A stretch of DNA of 43,476 nucleotides from Catajapyx aquilonaris (Eukaryota): positions 1 through 43,476 of the forward strand of contig KZ538872.1 in assembly GCA_000934665.2 (NCBI GenBank), given 5' to 3'. This document shows positions 41,418 through 43,476 of the stretch, in pieces (within the stretch, counting starts at the first letter, position 1; the number at the start of each line of letters is the position of its first letter). A model generated the notes under the pieces. The model did no database searches. It was not told where the DNA came from and saw nothing but the letters and a program-made list of their open reading frames with translations. The position numbers and the translations under genes are program-made.

Positions 41418-43476
41418 GTCCATTTTCAGATTATTACCCTTGTTTTCCCGTTTATCCAGGCATACCTGTGCATTAATGAGCACAAATAAGAATTGGGAGT
41501 GCATTGTATATTCCCAGCCAGTGTAATGTTTCCTTTACATAATGTAGAGTGAATGGGTCCAGTCGGGTCCAGTACAAGGGAACAGCAACATCCTAAAATG
41601 GTCCACTGATGTTATTATAAATTTAGTAAGCAATCACACTTAGCAATGAATTGCCTTGTTTTGTTATGCTATGACATTCGACATTTTTGTACCACACCTA
41701 ATTTGTTGTAAATAAGGGTATATAAGTCATTGAGCAGTGACATTCAACCTTTTTTTATTGTCACAATACTTGGCTATCAGAAAACGGCCGAACAATGTCA
41801 AAAATGGAACATTGTGGTACAATTTTTATAGCTAACCTATAAGATCACAGGGCTCTCCTCTAATTTTGTGTTCTTAAAGGAACTTAATTCGTAATAGTGT
41901 CATACGTATTAAGTAGACAACAGCTCTAGGCAAAAAAAAACATGCGGAAGAAAAAATAATTAAATAATCCTCAGCTGATGTGCACGTACACTGCAAGGGC
42001 TAGCTAGGTAAGCTCTGAAGGTAATAAAAATTAATTTTATGCAAAGCAAATATTAGCAAAACCCCATAAAATGAGGTATCCCTGTAATGTACCTTAAAAA
42101 CCACTCGAATGACTGGCATGTAATTTCTAGCATTCGTTGGTATCCCCAACCTCCTCTGCCATTTGATCAGTTGCCCCATTATCAAACGCGAATAGTGCTA
42201 CTTGTCAGACTCGCTGATAGCAGTCCTCTTGTTTGCAACCACTGTCACATGATTTTTATGGAACCCATAAAAACTGTCCACTGCCACCTGAAGGTGTTGG
42301 AAAGCTGTGGTGACACAGGTGGATGTTAGATCGAAGACAATTAATAGGGTACGTCCCTGCTGGTAGGTGTCAGGGAATGACTGGAGGGTGGGATGCCGGA
42401 GAAGTGGGACATGTCACAGTTGACCGGGAAAAAATAGTTTCAACTATTGAAAGTGAAGCAAAAAGAATTCTCTTATATTTGTAGAGTGTTCACCCAACTT
42501 AGTCAGCATGGTGTTTCTGGGATCATTGATGTATATTTCAGCCGTAAATGGAACCAGGAATACTTTAAGTTTAGTTCTCCATGGTCATTTTCTCACCCGT
42601 CACTGACAAGATGCAGTTATTCACCATTAAATTCGTACCTCCTAAGCAAATGGTGATGCCATAATTATGTAAATTGCACATTTTAGCTCAGATTCTGGTA
42701 ATGTGACAGTAGCCCCTTTGCAGCAGGCATACGGTACAGTATCATGGGTCACAGGAATAATATTATTGGTTTAGGCTGTGGGCTCTAATCCCTTGTACCT
42801 GGGGAAATGCACATCCCACACGTGATTACATTGTTGCTGTCTTAGTCTAAGAAACACTTTGTCACGAATCATTTTCCATCATACAGTGTCTGTAATGAAC
42901 CAGATAGAGTAACTGCAGGAAAAATTTCATTCATATGCAAGGAATAGGTGGAAAGCAACAGATGATTGAAAGTGATCCGTTACAAAACAAGGTGCACTTG
43001 TCCCACTTTGACCTAATGGAAGTCCAGAAATTATAGCTGAAAATACTTTTAGACCACTGTGTTACTATGCAGATCACAATATTAGTAGAATGTGCTTAGC
43101 ATGTTATCCATGTCAGCATTAACCATCAATATGACATGCATCACAAAATAATGCTAATGTGTACATTAGGGCGGCTCGAAAAACACTTTTTTTCGAAAGT
43201 TGTAGTTCGCTAGTGAAAAAAAGTTGCGTTGGGTGATCCTTTTGACAGGTAAAAAATTTGAGTCATGTGGGTTAATATCCTACGTCTCCGCCAGGGGCGT
43301 TTATGACGCAACTTACGGGTTTTCATTTTTTGGTGTGCGGGTACACTTACCCGGCCTAAACATGAAAAGTTGTGGCCCGTTGGGGGTGAAATGTCGTTAT
43401 TTCTGCGATATCTTGCACCGTTGACGAGATATTGACCAAAACCCCAGGTTCAAAAATTACACAGTTCTGCAAAAAA

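Overview
Eukaryotic genomic DNA, most likely an arthropod/insect (GT-AG introns, several only 51-75 nt, tRNA-derived SINEs, many MITEs, two short N gaps). Two head-to-head genes can be reconstructed by hand with phase-consistent splice sites. (1) Minus strand: a YEATS2/D12-like chromatin reader, ATG 19687, 7 coding exons down to 1710, apparently continuing off the left edge. It carries an unusual 1.56 kb exon built largely from a 60-bp/20-aa acidic tandem repeat, plus an Asp-rich tract after the YEATS domain. (2) Plus strand: a complete BMP type II receptor (BMPR2/wishful thinking), 13 coding exons, 21573-38967, 931 aa. Introns are packed with nested non-autonomous elements (Tc1/mariner-, hAT-, piggyBac- and PIF/Harbinger-type MITEs, at least five SINE heads). 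The most notable non-genic observations are a ~5.2 kb interrupted giant palindrome (~1 kb arms, ~24 nt loop) in the long YEATS2 intron, and SINEs that mix different tRNA-like heads with two distinct, structurally covarying 3' stem-loop tails. I see no convincing evidence of a wholly new biological system; the modular SINE set and the repeat-expanded YEATS2 are the best candidates for something undescribed. All coordinates were read by eye and repeat boundaries may be off by a few bases.
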